DNA of 63,243 nucleotides, filler included, from Octopus bimaculoides (Eukaryota): NCBI RefSeq assembly GCF_001194135.2. It is 5 parts of 4 records of this genome, joined end to end, with 100 filler letters (N's around TTAATTAATTAA, not from the genome) between each part and the next. Parts side by side here need not be neighbours in the genome. Positions count along the whole stretch, not along the records: positions 49,947 to 55,979 come from NC_068984.1; positions 56,080 to 61,157 come from NC_068989.1; positions 61,258 to 63,243 come from NW_026298842.1; 2 more parts are not named here. One strand, 5' to 3'. The notes under the pieces are model-generated. The model was not told where the DNA came from and made no database searches. It saw nothing but the letters and a program-made list of their open reading frames with translations. Position numbers and translations under genes: made by a program. Numbering within the stretch: the stretch's first letter is position 1; the number at the start of each line of letters is the position of its first letter. Positions 51,041 through 63,243 of the stretch are shown piece by piece.

Positions 51041-52472
51041 AGGCCCAAATGATTATATGCTCTATGATGTTGTTGACTGATATCTGGAGTTCTAGATGAG
51101 TACGACAGAGAATATCTTTTTCATCTGCGCATTAAAGTTCTTTGTGAGATCGAAATATGGCTATGTTCAATATCCCACAGACAAAACGGTATCTGTTGTC
51201 AACATCCACATTGTCTGGAGAAATCTCAAGAACTATCACAGACAAACAAAAGAACATGATGTAAGAACACAACATTTATTTAACATATATTTAACCAGAA
51301 ATTGTTTAGAAAGTTTTGCTCTGATTGCAAACGAAAGAGAAACTGCAATGAAGACAAGAATGTCTGGCTCTAAGAAGAAAAGAGAAACAATATTAATGCT
51401 CTATAATTTTGAAGAAACTATATGTAACCGCGGGAATAACAAAAGAAGTAATATTTTGAGAGAAATTAAATTTGTCTTCATGAATATTAAAAAGAAATGT
51501 CAAGAAGAAACATTGATAAGAATTATAAAGTATTAAAAGCGTTTGATGAAGTAGTCGGCAATGAAATATTTATATTGCGACAGAATATTCTAAGTATTAA
51601 CTAAAGCCATATGAATCAAACTTTGAGAAATATTAAGAATGTTTGTAGATATGGGTAGTTAGATCAGTAAATATAAACATATAAATAGGTGAATAGAAAT
51701 ACATTGTTCAATAAAGATGAAAGCTACGTAATCTGGTATAAAAGAATGCCATGAGGCTAAATGCAAGAACTCTCACGAAACGATCTTATCATAACTTCAA
51801 TGAAATTTAATTAACGAAAATCAAACAAAGCTGAAAAAAAGAGGAAAAAATTCCAGACATCAAATGAAAATATGGACATAAAGGAATTATATAAATATTT
51901 TGAGAATGCTGCACAGTTCAGTAAAAATTATGTTGACGAAAAAGTGAATGATTAATTACGAAATATAACTATTAATAAAAGTAATAGTTGCTAAAAGAAA
52001 AAATGTCTGGATTGGAAGTTTTAATTAGAAGGGTAAAAAGAATAGATACAATGGATCAAGAAAGATTTCAAAAATTAGGCAATTTAATAGGTTATTACTG
52101 ATGTTGAAGTCCTAATTGAATATATGTGGAGCCCAATGGACAAATGTTAATCGGTTGTGTTGAATAAATTATTGAATAAATAGAATCTTTTAAAAATGGA
52201 CCTGAACCACTAATGAGATACAGAACGATTCTAAAAAAGAACATCATCAAAAGAAAAACAGGTATTATCTTCTAGGATGGCAAGCTGTAGAGTATATCGA
52301 AGCAGTCTTTTCTATGTGAAACACCGAAAATACATTACAAACTTAACATACGTAGCTTTCGTCAACATAAATTTTACACGCATGGTTTCTTGGCGGGATC
52401 GATCTATAGATTGTTCTTGTAAACATTTCGAACATAATTAACTAATATTGTTGATAGATTACAGGCTGGTTA

Positions 52473-52506
<34 letters not shown>

Positions 52507-52979
52507 TCCGTATTGCATTTTGCTATCTTTTAAAACAGATTTAATTCCCTCCAATTTGATCTCATCTTTTTTCAAAGATAGTGATTTTACTGCCTTAAAA
52601 TATTATAGATACATACTGTATTTTTGTTGTATTTTCAAGTTCTCAATCGATGTTAATATCGTGTATCTCTTCCTGAGATATCCCGCAAATCTAGTAAATC
52701 TAAGTGAAGTTTACTTTGAATAAATAATTATAGTAAGTGATAAATCGTTTATTATTAATGCTACGTATAATATCAGCTACAATAGAGGTAGTGGAATAAT
52801 GACAACTTAACGGAATGGGAGTTAAAAGTCTTCGTATACTTGCTAGATGTGAGAAAGTGCTCCATTAAAGCTGCAGAAAACAACTTTAGTTGTCTACTCT
52901 ATATACTGAGGGCGAAAGATATACGAAATCAGGTTACCTTCCTTTGTCTAGCATTCTTGCTTGCCCTAGGAGAGGTCTG

Positions 52980-54095
52980 GATTTAGGGTTTTGTGTGGTG
53001 GGTCCGGGTACGTCTCTAGTGAATAAGTAAACGGGGTGTGTCCTTATTAGCCGATTCAGTATTGCACTTATTAGTAGGTATATGAAAGTTGGAGGGGGGA
53101 CTTTCCATAGGTTCCTAAAATTAGGCGCATACTGTGAGGGTTTATAGAGATTGGAATAGGTATAAGTGGTATTTCGGCCGAGTACAACTGAGGAAGAACT
53201 ACTTGAATTTGCTTAGACTGTGGAGACCGGGTCCCATGACCAGGGGGTAGTAATTAGTATTCCGTGCTAAAAAGCCAGGGTTATTCCAAGTGGGTATAGA
53301 TTTGATTTTATCAGTATTCTCACTCCTTTTGAGCGCATTGAGTGTAGTAATCTTCAGTAGATTTGCCCGGGACCTAAACTCTTGTGGGTGGAGGCGCAAT
53401 GGCGCAGTGGTTAGGTCAGCGGACTCGCGGTCGTAGGATCGCGGTTTCGATTCCCAGACCGGGCGTTGTGAGTGTTTACTGACCGAAAACATCTAAAGCT
53501 CCACGAGGCTGTACTCTTTCACCACAACTTTCTCTCACTCTTTCTTCCTGTTTCTGTTCTACCTGTATTACAAAGGGCCAGCCTTGTCACACTCTTTGTC
53601 ACGCTGAATCTCCCCGAGAACTACGTTAAGGGTACACGTGTCTGTGGAGTGCTCAGCCACTTGCAAGTTAATTTCACAAGCAGGCTGTTCCGTTGATCGG
53701 ATCAACTGGAACCCTCATCGTCGTAACCGACGGAGTGCCATAAAAAATTCCTGCGAAAATTTAGGAAGGCTGTTATCTTTAGTTTTGGTAGTTCGTTCCT
53801 CATCGAAAAAATAAACCCTCCATCTCATTTTTTGTATGAGTTCATTTGTGCTATGTATGGATAGATTCATGCACTCTCTTTTTCCCGGTAATGGGACATC
53901 ATTTAGCGACAAATTTATTCTCAACTTTTCCGTTCTATATACCGTTAGCGTCCCCAAGCAGTAGGGACAAAATAATAATAATGTAATGTATCCATCTGTG
54001 TATACATGCAAGTAACATACCACTGTTACTTTATTTTGTCCCTTTTCTTTTTCTTTTTTACCTTGCCCCCTACTTCTTGCCTGTTTCTTCCCCAT
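52980..54095 (-). mobile_element. Penelope-like element, N-terminal ORF fragment interrupted by a SINE
   Basis: NLSLNDVPLPGKRECMNLSIHSTNELIQKMRWRVYFF resembles the PLE N-terminal SL.NIP.P...I.RMRW..FF motif. Confidence 0.6.
53391..53740 (+). mobile_element. tRNA-derived SINE family C, young CpG-rich copy
   Basis: A-box TGGCGCAGTGG, B-box GGTTTCGATTCC; 3' half shared with 11754-12065. Confidence 0.85.
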
Positions 54096-55909
54096 TTGAG
54101 CTTTTGTTACTCGTAGTTTTCTATCCTAACTAAGAAACATCCCAGCTTTCAGCGCACCGACTGCCCATTATTGACACCACATATACCTTAATGATATTAT
54201 AATCTGCTGCAGCCACTATATTAATTACAGTATGCTGCTAACGAAATTAAACTGCACCATGTCTGTCTTGTTAACGTGATCGGTGAGTTGGATTGGGCAT
54301 GTCATTAGTTCTTTACCAGTTCCAATCTCCACTCCTACATTTAAAATTCTTTATGCCAGTCCGGTTTTCTTTTGCATCTTGCATGACAGCGTACTATTTT
54401 TAACTAAACTGTCGTATGCACCTAATGAAATATTACCTCAGAAGGTTACAAGACATTCGTAATGTTACGTAAGATACACTTGATGTGCTTTGGAGACAGC
54501 TGTAGCAGTTTAGTTGACTACCTCTTCTATCTCTTTTATTTACAGATTTGCTTATTGCATGTTAAGCAATGTTTGTTGCATTCCAAATGGAGATGTATAG
54601 CACCTGTCATCTTATCGGAATTTTATGTCTAATCCTGATATGGAACGAACTGTATTTGATACATTGATTAATAAATCTTATTGATCAATTATCGAGTGAT
54701 CTGCATCTTTTATACAAACCGTGTTTATGCAAGAAACTAACCAGCTGCGTAAATTTCGCTTAGATTTACAAGATTAATGGGATAGTAAATCTGAAGAGGA
54801 GATACACGATATTAACATTAATTGAGAACATGAAAATACAACAAAATTATCAGATATATCAGTAATACTTTAAGGCAACAAAATCACTTAAACTCCTAAA
54901 AGAAGAGATAAAATTGGAGGGAATTAAATTCGATTTAAAAGATAATAAAATGCAAAACGGAATATAACAATTAGTTCAGTAATGAATTAATTGGAAATAA
55001 CAGAAAATATGAACAAAGGGTGAGATGATGTTCACTGAAATCCAATGTTGTCGTAAAGGTCATTAAAGAGCATAGAAATATAAGAGGTTTACAAATGTTA
55101 ACAACTGTAAGAAAAATTGTATTTATATTGTAAATATAAAGTGTCTCAAAATGGTGGGACATCATTTATCAGTAGTTTAAAAGACCTGGTTACTAGTTTA
55201 TGCTGGTTCCAATCCTAGCTACTTGCGTTTAAAATGTGTACCATCATTGAACATGCTCCCATAAAAGTACTCATAGGTACACATAATATGTTAGGAATTG
55301 TTTTAGATCTGTAACTTTGAAAACACTGCTTTAAGATATAATCAAATCAAAATGGTTTATTTAAGAAACTTGGAAAATTAATTTTAAGTGACCAAAAATA
55401 TTTTTGTTCCATATGTTAGATGAAATTTTCTAATTTCAAGTTTGTTATTAAATTACATTTGTATTATGTAGTCATGCTATTTTGTATATCCTATTACATT
55501 AATAGCTAATGGATTACTGCGGTTGGTAGCGCAGTAAATGTATTTCTACGATCTATTAGTAAGTACGAGAGTTTGTTTTCTTGCTATTGTTTAAACACAA
55601 CTGCCCTTTGCTTCTTATTAGTTTGTTATTATCGCATCATTAATGCAGTTACATTATCAACACATCAGGACATTAATGCACACATGATTAATCCACCTAA
55701 ATTTAACAAAAGATCACCAATCACTTTAATGCGGAGACATGCACAACAAACGAGAAATAAATGAATAAATTGTTATAAAAGAATCTTCAGGCAAAATAAT
55801 GTTGTTACTCGACCTTTTATCAAAGGTCATTTAGTTATCCAAGAAAATATTTATTTCCCTCCTGTATTTCTGCTTTGCAAAGAAAGGAACGTACGTATAT
55901 TTGTATGCA

Positions 55910-55979
<70 letters not shown>

Positions 55980-56327
55980 NNNNNNNNNNNNNNNNNNNNN
56001 NNNNNNNNNNNNNNNNNNNNNNNTTAATTAATTAANNNNNNNNNNNNNNNNNNNNNNNNNNNNNNNNNNNNNNNNNNNNTATATATATATATATATATAT
56101 ATATCACTATATATATAAAACTATGAACATTTCTACTTTCAAACAGACGCTCTGCTTCTGTATGCGTGTGGGAATCTTTACATACATACATACGTACATA
56201 CATACATACATACATACTTACATACATGCATACATACATACATACATACATACATACATACATGCATATATAAATACATGCATACATACATACATACATA
56301 CATACACAGATCACACTAAGTCAAAAA

Positions 56328-56700
56328 GTGTTCCTCCGTCCCATTTGCGGTACTTGCCTCAACCTTAATGAGGACACAAGATACAAATGCAAATCAGGAC
56401 AGATTTTTACCATAAAAAATCATTTTACATGTTCTTCAATGAATTTAATATACTTTATCAAATGTCAAGGATGTAACGAAGATTACATAGGTCAAACAAA
56501 GCTAACTCTCAGAAATAGATTGAACATGCACCGACACCAAATACGAGACCCTAGTACTAGACAGATTCCACTGAGTGGACACATAGACATATGTGCCAAA
56601 TATAAGTCCACTAAATTCCAGGTCACTACACTCTACCATTGCTCAGTAAATACCACAAATGAAGCATGGATAAACAAAGAAAATACATTCATACTTTAAC
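56328..56700 (+). mobile_element. Penelope-like element: CCCC finger + GIY-YIG endonuclease
   Basis: RPICGTC..FTCSSMNLIYFIKCQGCNEDYIGQTKLTLRNRLNMHRHQI..KENTFI. Confidence 0.9.
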
Positions 56701-57399
56701 AGAGTACTTACACAAATAACTATTCACACACAAAACTCATACTGCCACTTAACTTGAGGAATTTACACAGCTAACAACCTAAACTTTAGCTACTGGACTA
56801 TATGCAAACAACTCCTGTCGACTCTCTCACCTAGTAGATTAAATTTAGAGCGCCTTGACTGTAACTAAACATGTTCACTCGACCGTGTAAGCCTTCATTT
56901 TCGGCGCAAAAATACTGTCACGTGACACCAACGCACGGACATAACGAGAAAGGTACAAACGGTTCTAAATTTAATCACGTGATCATTCTCTATAACACTT
57001 AAAGAAAACATTCTGAACATTGATTGTTTGGTACTGTCACTAGACATGTTCACTCAACCGAGTCAGCTTTAACTTACAATGCCAAACAATGTCACTTGAC
57101 ATTAATACATGGACATAGAGTGGAGCCTACAAAAATTTCAAAGACTAGTCATGTAACAATCCTCTACCAATCAAGTCCTATCCAAATCATATACTAATTT
57201 GAGTCATGTTCTCCCAATAAAAATGGGACAAACTTCAAACTCTGATCAGAGGTAAGACAGTTGCAGGATAACCCACGTCTTTCTATTTCAACATTTGAAA
57301 ATCATTGTAACCTGTGAAACCAGTTAAATCTTTAAATATGATTAAAAAATGTTAACTACCCTCAGTGCATTTTCAATTTCTATATATATATATATATTA

Positions 57400-57780
57400 C
57401 CATTATTATTATCATTATTATTATCATTGCCTTTGCGCAGCTTCTAACGCTGGAGATGTACTGCAGTGTCTGCTGTTCACTACCAGTGAACTAAGGTAAC
57501 ACCTCTTATTTTTCGCGCACCTTCCGGAGTATTCGAGCGGTTCCAAGCAGTGCTGTTTTCTGAAAGTGCTCCACCCTTATTGCAGCCCCTATTTGTTCCA
57601 TGTACTTCTCGAGATTTTTGCTCACTGTTCCCAGGGCTCCGACAGTTATTGGTACTACTGCTACCTTTTTCATCGACCTCAACTGCTTAACTTCCCAAGC
57701 TAACCTGTCATATCTCTCAACTTTTCTTTCTTCCTTATCACATACCTTGTTGTCAGCTTGGCATGCTATATCTATGATCC
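57400..57780 (-). mobile_element. R4/Dong-like LINE 3' end with (TAA)n tail
   Basis: IIDIACQADNKVCDKEERKVERYDRLAWEVKQL..VPITVGALGTV..FQKTALLGTARILRKV. Confidence 0.88.
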
Positions 57781-57787
57781 ATTATTA

Positions 57788-57860
<73 letters not shown>
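57780..57860. repeat. (ATT)n microsatellite
   Basis: Directly visible. Confidence 0.95.
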
Positions 57861-57861
<1 letters not shown>

Positions 57862-57989
57862 CATATAGATATATAAATATTTAAACATGCGTATATATAC
57901 GCACGAGCACACATATATACATACAGACGCACATACGCACATGTATGTGTGTGTGTATATATATAAATATACACACACTTCTTACACCA

Positions 57990-58690
57990 CATCGATGACA
58001 TCCTTAAGGCCTTGGGATCAGGTTAAAACTCTGATGTCATATATCTTGACTTCGGTAAGGCATTCGACAGAATTGACCATAATATCCCAGTGTCAAAGTT
58101 GTCAAATGTTGAAATCCGTGGAAAACTTCTACGTTGGATTGAGTATTTCCTGAAGAACAGAACACAACATGTGATCAGTGGAATTCACAGAAGCCCAGCA
58201 AAAGTCACCAGTGGTGTCCCTCAGGAGACTGTCATAGGCCCGCTCCTCTTTGCTGTCTATATAAATGACCTTTCCAGCATCATAAAACACAACAAAGTGA
58301 AAATATTCGCTGGTGACTCTAAGCTCCAGAAAATTATCAATGACGAAGAAGGACGAACTAAACTCCAGTCTGATCAACATGGTGTGAGTCAATGGGCAGA
58401 CAAAAACAAAATGCAACTAAACGAGAGAAAATTTGAGCTGACTCATTTTAAAAGAAAGACTATGCTAAAACAGGCGTACTCTCTTCCTTCGGGGATGCTT
58501 CACACCATCTAATAATATCAGAGACCTAGGAGTAATTGTTGATAATAATCTCAGCTGGAGTTCTCACATCAACAATAAGGTCGATATATCTCGTAGGATG
58601 AACTCCTGGATCCTAAGAACTTTTCGGTCCAGAGAACAAAATGTCATCATTCTTCTTTTCTCCTTTTTTGTACGGCCAAAGAAGATATAA
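57990..58690 (+). mobile_element. CR1/L2-group LINE RT fragment
   Basis: YLDFGKAFDRIDH..LLRWIEYFLKNRTQ..SGVPQETVIGPLLFAVYINDL..IFAGDSKL. Confidence 0.9.
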
Positions 58691-58705
58691 GGTCTGCCAG
58701 GTTTT

Positions 58706-58800
58706 TCTCTCTCACCAAGGTCATCAGCTGTCGAACGCCGACGAAGGGAAATAACCCTGAAATCCGGATACGTTCGTGCTGCTGGCCGAGGTGAGAGGGA
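58706..58800 (+). ncRNA. Extended type I hammerhead-like RNA (core variant CCGACGA)
   Basis: CGAACG-CCGACGA-AGGG aaauaa CCCU-GAAA-UCCGG-AUA-CGUUCG; stem I extends about 25 bp with internal loops. Confidence 0.78.
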
Positions 58801-59967
58801 TAACTCCCTTGGCAAACAGGACACAGTCGTGTGTCGATAAGCCAGCTGGAGGAGATGTCCTCCTGGGGCTAAAAGCAACAGTAACATCCACCCCTAGGGG
58901 TCAGCCACACTTAAGTGGCAATATACTACACTTTATCGTGCAGTTACTGTTAATACTTCATTTAGAGAATTANNNNNNNNNNNNNNNNNNNNNNNNNNNN
59001 NNNNNNNNNNNNNNNNNNNNNNNNNNNNNNNNNNNNNNNNNNNNNNNNNNNNNNNNNNNNNNNNNNNNNNNNNNNNNNNNNNNNNNNNNNNNNNNNNNNN
59101 NNNNNNNNNNNNNNNNNNNNNNNNNNNNNNNNNNNNNNNNNNNNNNNNNNNNNNNNNNNNNNNNNNNNNNNNNNNNNNNNNNNNNNNNNNNNNNNNNNNN
59201 NNNNNNNNNNNNNNNNNNNNNNNNNNNNNNNNNNNNNNNNNNNNNNNNNNNNNNNNNNNNNNNNNNNNNNNNNNNNNNNNNNNNNNNNNNNNNNNNNNNN
59301 NNNNNNNNNNNNNNNNNNNNNNNNNNNNNNNNNNNNNNNNNNNNNNNNNNNNNNNNNNNNNNNNNNNNNNNNNNNNNNNNNNNNNNNNNNNNNNNNNNNN
59401 NNNNNNNNNNNNNNNNNNNNNNNNNNNNNNNNNNNNNNNNNNNNNNNNNNNNNNNNNNNNNNNNNNNNNNNNNNNNNNNNNNNNNNNNNNNNNNNNNNNN
59501 NNNNNNNNNNNNNNNNNNNNNNNNNNNNNNNNNNNNNNNNNNNNNNNNNNNNNNNNNNNNNNNNNNNNNNNNNNNNNNNNNNNNNNNNNNNNNNNNNNNN
59601 NNNNNNNNNNNNNNNNNNNNNNNNNNNNNNNNNNNNNNNNNNNNNNNNNNNNNNNNNNNNNNNNNNNNNNNNNNNNNNNNNNNNNNNNNNNNNNNNNNNN
59701 NNNNNNNNNNNNNNNNNNNNNNNNNNNNNNNNNNNNNNNNNNNNNNNNNNNNNNNNNNNNNNNNNNNNNNNNNNNNNNNNNNNNNNNNNNNNNNNNNNNN
59801 NNNNNNNNNNNNNNNNNNNNNNNNNNNNNNNNNNNNNNNNNNNNNNNNNNNNNNNNNNNNNNNNNCCTTTCAGAGTGTTTGATGTTCTGTGTGTGCGCGC
59901 ACGCGTTTGTCGATATATAAACAGTTAGATAGATTTAAACACGCACACACACACATGCACACACGCA

Positions 59968-59998
<31 letters not shown>

Positions 59999-60384
59999 GC
60001 AAAATATCCTTGACCTAATCTTGAACTGACAACAATTTTCCCCTCATGCTCTCGTCCCCCACGAAACTCTCTGCTCCCAATATTCTACTCCCCACCATTA
60101 AAAGTGCCCCCACGAATACATGTTTAGCAATTTTCAACCTCAACCTTTAACCCCGCCACAAAAAAAAAAAAAAAAATTGACCCAGCTATCTGCGATGATC
60201 ACGTGGTACGTTATTGCATTACCAGATGAAATTACCCTGTCACGTCGTTCCCAGCTCACTTGACACAGTTTCCCAATTTCAAGTTTCACACTATCTTCAC
60301 ATTAAAACGCTTCACCTACCCTTGTACCCCTATGTTAATGTGTGTGTGCGTATGTATGTGTATATGCATCCATCCATCTACCAT

Positions 60385-60584
60385 CTCTCTCTCTCTCTCT
60401 CTCTCAGAAGGGAAGCTAGGCGACAGGTTTATTTAGCCAGAGGGGAAGCAGATAAGAAAAGATTTGCCAATGTTCTGCGCCGTGAGGACCAAAGACTTGA
60501 GGTATTTTGTGTTGCAAGACAGTGTAGGAGAGAGAATAGTGATGTCGTAGGAGAGAAATGTGTTCGCATGGATGATGGTACGCT

Positions 60585-60587
<3 letters not shown>
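60385..60587 (+). mobile_element. RTE LINE linker fragment
   Basis: RREARRQVYLARGEADKKRFANV..EKCVRMDDG, homologous to 18260-18430. Confidence 0.88.
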
Positions 60588-60626
<39 letters not shown>

Positions 60627-62623
60627 TATATATGTTATATTTCACTATATTATATATATATTTATACACATGCATATATGTATGTGTGTGTGTGTGTTAT
60701 ATTCTATTTCATTATATTATATATATTATGTTATATATTAGATATATATATTTATCCATTTGCATACATGCAAGTGTGTACGCACATATATGCATGTATA
60801 TGTTTATGTATATATGTTTATATATATGTATGCATGTACGTATGTATGTATGTATGCATATATACACGCACGCACATACATATCTATGTGTGTGTGTGTT
60901 TGCGTGTGTGTATGCTTGTATCCAGCTATGCATGGTTTTTATGCAGGGAAACATACAAGCATGCACGCGCGTGCACTCAAATAAACCCACATGTATGTAC
61001 GTAAATGTATAGATCTATGAACCTGACTGTCTGTCTGCATATATTGCAACTGCGTGCATGAGTAAAAGCTGTTGACATCATTAGCACAAACCAAGATCCA
61101 TAGAATAAGCACCACCACCACCACCACCATACCACCACCACCACCACCGCCACCACCNNNNNNNNNNNNNNNNNNNNNNNNNNNNNNNNNNNNNNNNNNN
61201 NTTAATTAATTAANNNNNNNNNNNNNNNNNNNNNNNNNNNNNNNNNNNNNNNNNNNNCCTAACACCCTAGTGAAAATCGTGGTAAATTTACAAAACATTG
61301 ACGAACACGAGTTATATTTTATTGAATGTATGCTTTTGAGAGAGCGAGAGAGGAAGAGGTAGAGAGGGGGAGAGAAAGGAATAGGGGTAGTTAAAAGTTT
61401 TCTTATGACTGCCTATTACTTCATTAGAAATCTAAGGATGCACATAAGCACATAAGAGAAAAATGAAACAAATATGGACGACTTGCTCCGAAACACCACC
61501 GAGTGGGGAACACTTCTCAAAAATAACCTGCAGTTGTTTCCTTCAAAATTCCTACATGCTTGAAATGTACATACATTAAGGTACATTTGTACAAAATTTC
61601 ATGAAAAAATATTCATTTTCCTGGAAGTTAAGAGGAATTNNNNNNNNNNNNNNNNNNNNNNNNNNNNNNNNNNNNNNNNNNNNNNNNNNNNNNNNNNNNN
61701 NNNNNNNNNNNNNNNNNNNNNNNNNNNNNNNNNNNNNNNNNNNNNNNNNNNNNNNNNNNNNNNNNNNNNNNNNNNNNNNNNNNNNNNNNNNNNNNNNNNN
61801 NNNNNNNNNNNNNNNNNNNNNNNNNNNNNNNNNNNNNNNNNNNNNNNNNNNNNNNNNNNNNNNNNNNNNNNNNNNNNNNNNNNNNNNNNNNNNNNNNNNN
61901 NNNNNNNNNNNNNNNNNNNNNNNNNNNNNNNNNNNNNNNNNNNNNNNNNNNNNNNNNNNNNNNNNNNNNNNNNNNNNNNNNNNNNNNNNNNNNNNNNNNN
62001 NNNNNNNNNNNNNNNNNNNNNNNNNNNNNNNNNNNNNNNNNNNNNNNNNNNNNNNNNNNNNNNNNNNNNNNNNNNNNNNNNNNNNNNNNNNNNNNNNNNN
62101 NNNNNNNNNNNNNNNNNNNNNNNNNNNNNNNNNNNNNNNNNNNNNNNNNNNNNNNNNNNNNNNNNNNNNNNNNNNNNNNNNNNNNNNNNNNNNNNNNNNN
62201 NNNNNNNNNNNNNNNNNNNNNNNNNNNNNNNNNNNNNNNNNNNNNNNNNNNNNNNNNNNNNNNNNNNNNNNNNNNNNNNNNNNNNNNNNNNNNNNNNNNN
62301 NNNNNNNNNNNNNNNNNNNNNNNNNNNNNNNNNNNNNNNNNNNNNNNNNNNNNNNNNNNNNNNNNNNNNNNNNNNNNNNNNNNNNNNNNNNNNNNNNNNN
62401 NNNNNNNNNNNNNNNNNNNNNNNNNNNNNNNNNNNNNNNNNNNNNNNNNNNNNNNNNNNNNNNNNNNNNNNNNNNNNNNNNAAAATCTAATTGCTGCACT
62501 GGAAAGTTCATATCGAGAAAATTCCATTGATGTAAAAACTTTTACGAAAAAGTGGAAAATGTGGATTTCTATAAACTTTCAAAAAGGCTTCACACAAACA
62601 CACAATTTCAGATTTATATATTA

Positions 62624-62830
62624 AGACTAGCAGTATAACCCGACGTTGTCTGTGTGTGATTTATTATGCCATCTACGCTAGGTCTTGCTAGGTGAAAATC
62701 AACTTAAAAAGAAATCCTTACAAAGAAAAAACCCTTATGATGTAAATATGTTCATAATTCAAATGACGATGAAATTAATAGGGAAAGTCTGAATGCTATT
62801 TTGCGTAACATTATTAAGCGTATGTAAATT
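62624..62830 (+). mobile_element. Possible Helitron-like non-autonomous element end
   Basis: ACTAGCAGTATAACCCGACGTTG resembles CTAG-hairpin termini of such elements; recognised from memory only. Confidence 0.3.
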
Positions 62831-63198
62831 TCATCCGTCTAATTATCTATACAACTTTTTGTGCTTCCCTGATTATACAATGCCGAGTTAGTAAATTGTA
62901 AGAGCGATAAAAGTGCGATTGGATGACGCAGTCTTACCATGAATGAATCCCTCTTGTACCTTTCCAGTGAACGTTTCTGTTGGATGCCTTCATTTTGCGC
63001 TGCCCTGGATAGACAATGCAAAACGTTTTCAATTGACACAACAGATGTAATTGAAAAGGCCATTTTTTAAAAAAAATTTTAATCTTTGCTAAATTGCTTA
63101 CCTCCATACAACCAGTCTTTGGAAGATATAGTGTGTGTTGACACTTGTGGCGACTTATAAGGACTGATTGAATGCAGCATTAATTATATCAGTGAAAA

Positions 63199-63243
63199 CA
63201 CAAACCCCTTCAGGTAGATGGCCCTGCTCAGTATGTAGAAAAG
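63199..63243 (+). mobile_element. RTE fragment cut by the window edge
   Basis: CCCCTTCAGGTAGATGGCCCT..TGTAGAAAAG matches 19200-19240. Confidence 0.8.

Noticed and set aside
51096-51536. 146-aa ORF in an AT-rich stretch
   Set aside because: No motif recognised; probably a decayed repeat
53391-53460. tRNA gene-like sequences (also 2782 and 15004)
   Set aside because: No complete cloverleaf, and they continue into repeated SINE bodies
54478-54510. GAGACAGCTGTA palindrome resembling an HHR stem III (similar weak case at 22305-22330)
   Set aside because: No consistent core or stem II

Overview
Repeat-saturated, AT-rich animal DNA with many N gaps and no host gene that I can support. The SINE families, the RTE LINE with (GAT)n tail and the microsatellite load suggest an octopus-type cephalopod genome (inference). 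Contents: decayed LINEs (RTE, R4/Dong-like, HERO-like, CR1/L2-like, Tx1/L1-like), many Penelope-like element (PLE) fragments, two mariner transposons, a Gypsy LTR+gag stub, three tRNA-derived SINE families and dense microsatellites. The main signal not shown by the ORF track is a set of about 12 type I hammerhead ribozyme (HHR) motifs that I folded by eye; 11 lie between 13 and 29 kb. One is pristine (23600-23669). Two sit in a 546-bp tandem repeat whose inverted third copy starts a few nt from the predicted cleavage site (12861-14030). One is a GC-rich, extended-stem HHR in a hairpin-rich element running into a gap (58706-58970). There is also a 267-bp foldback element with a 9-bp TSD carrying head-to-head telomeric repeats, inserted in a PLE (24858-25124). 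Family names come from motif recognition, not database searches, and boundaries of decayed elements are approximate.
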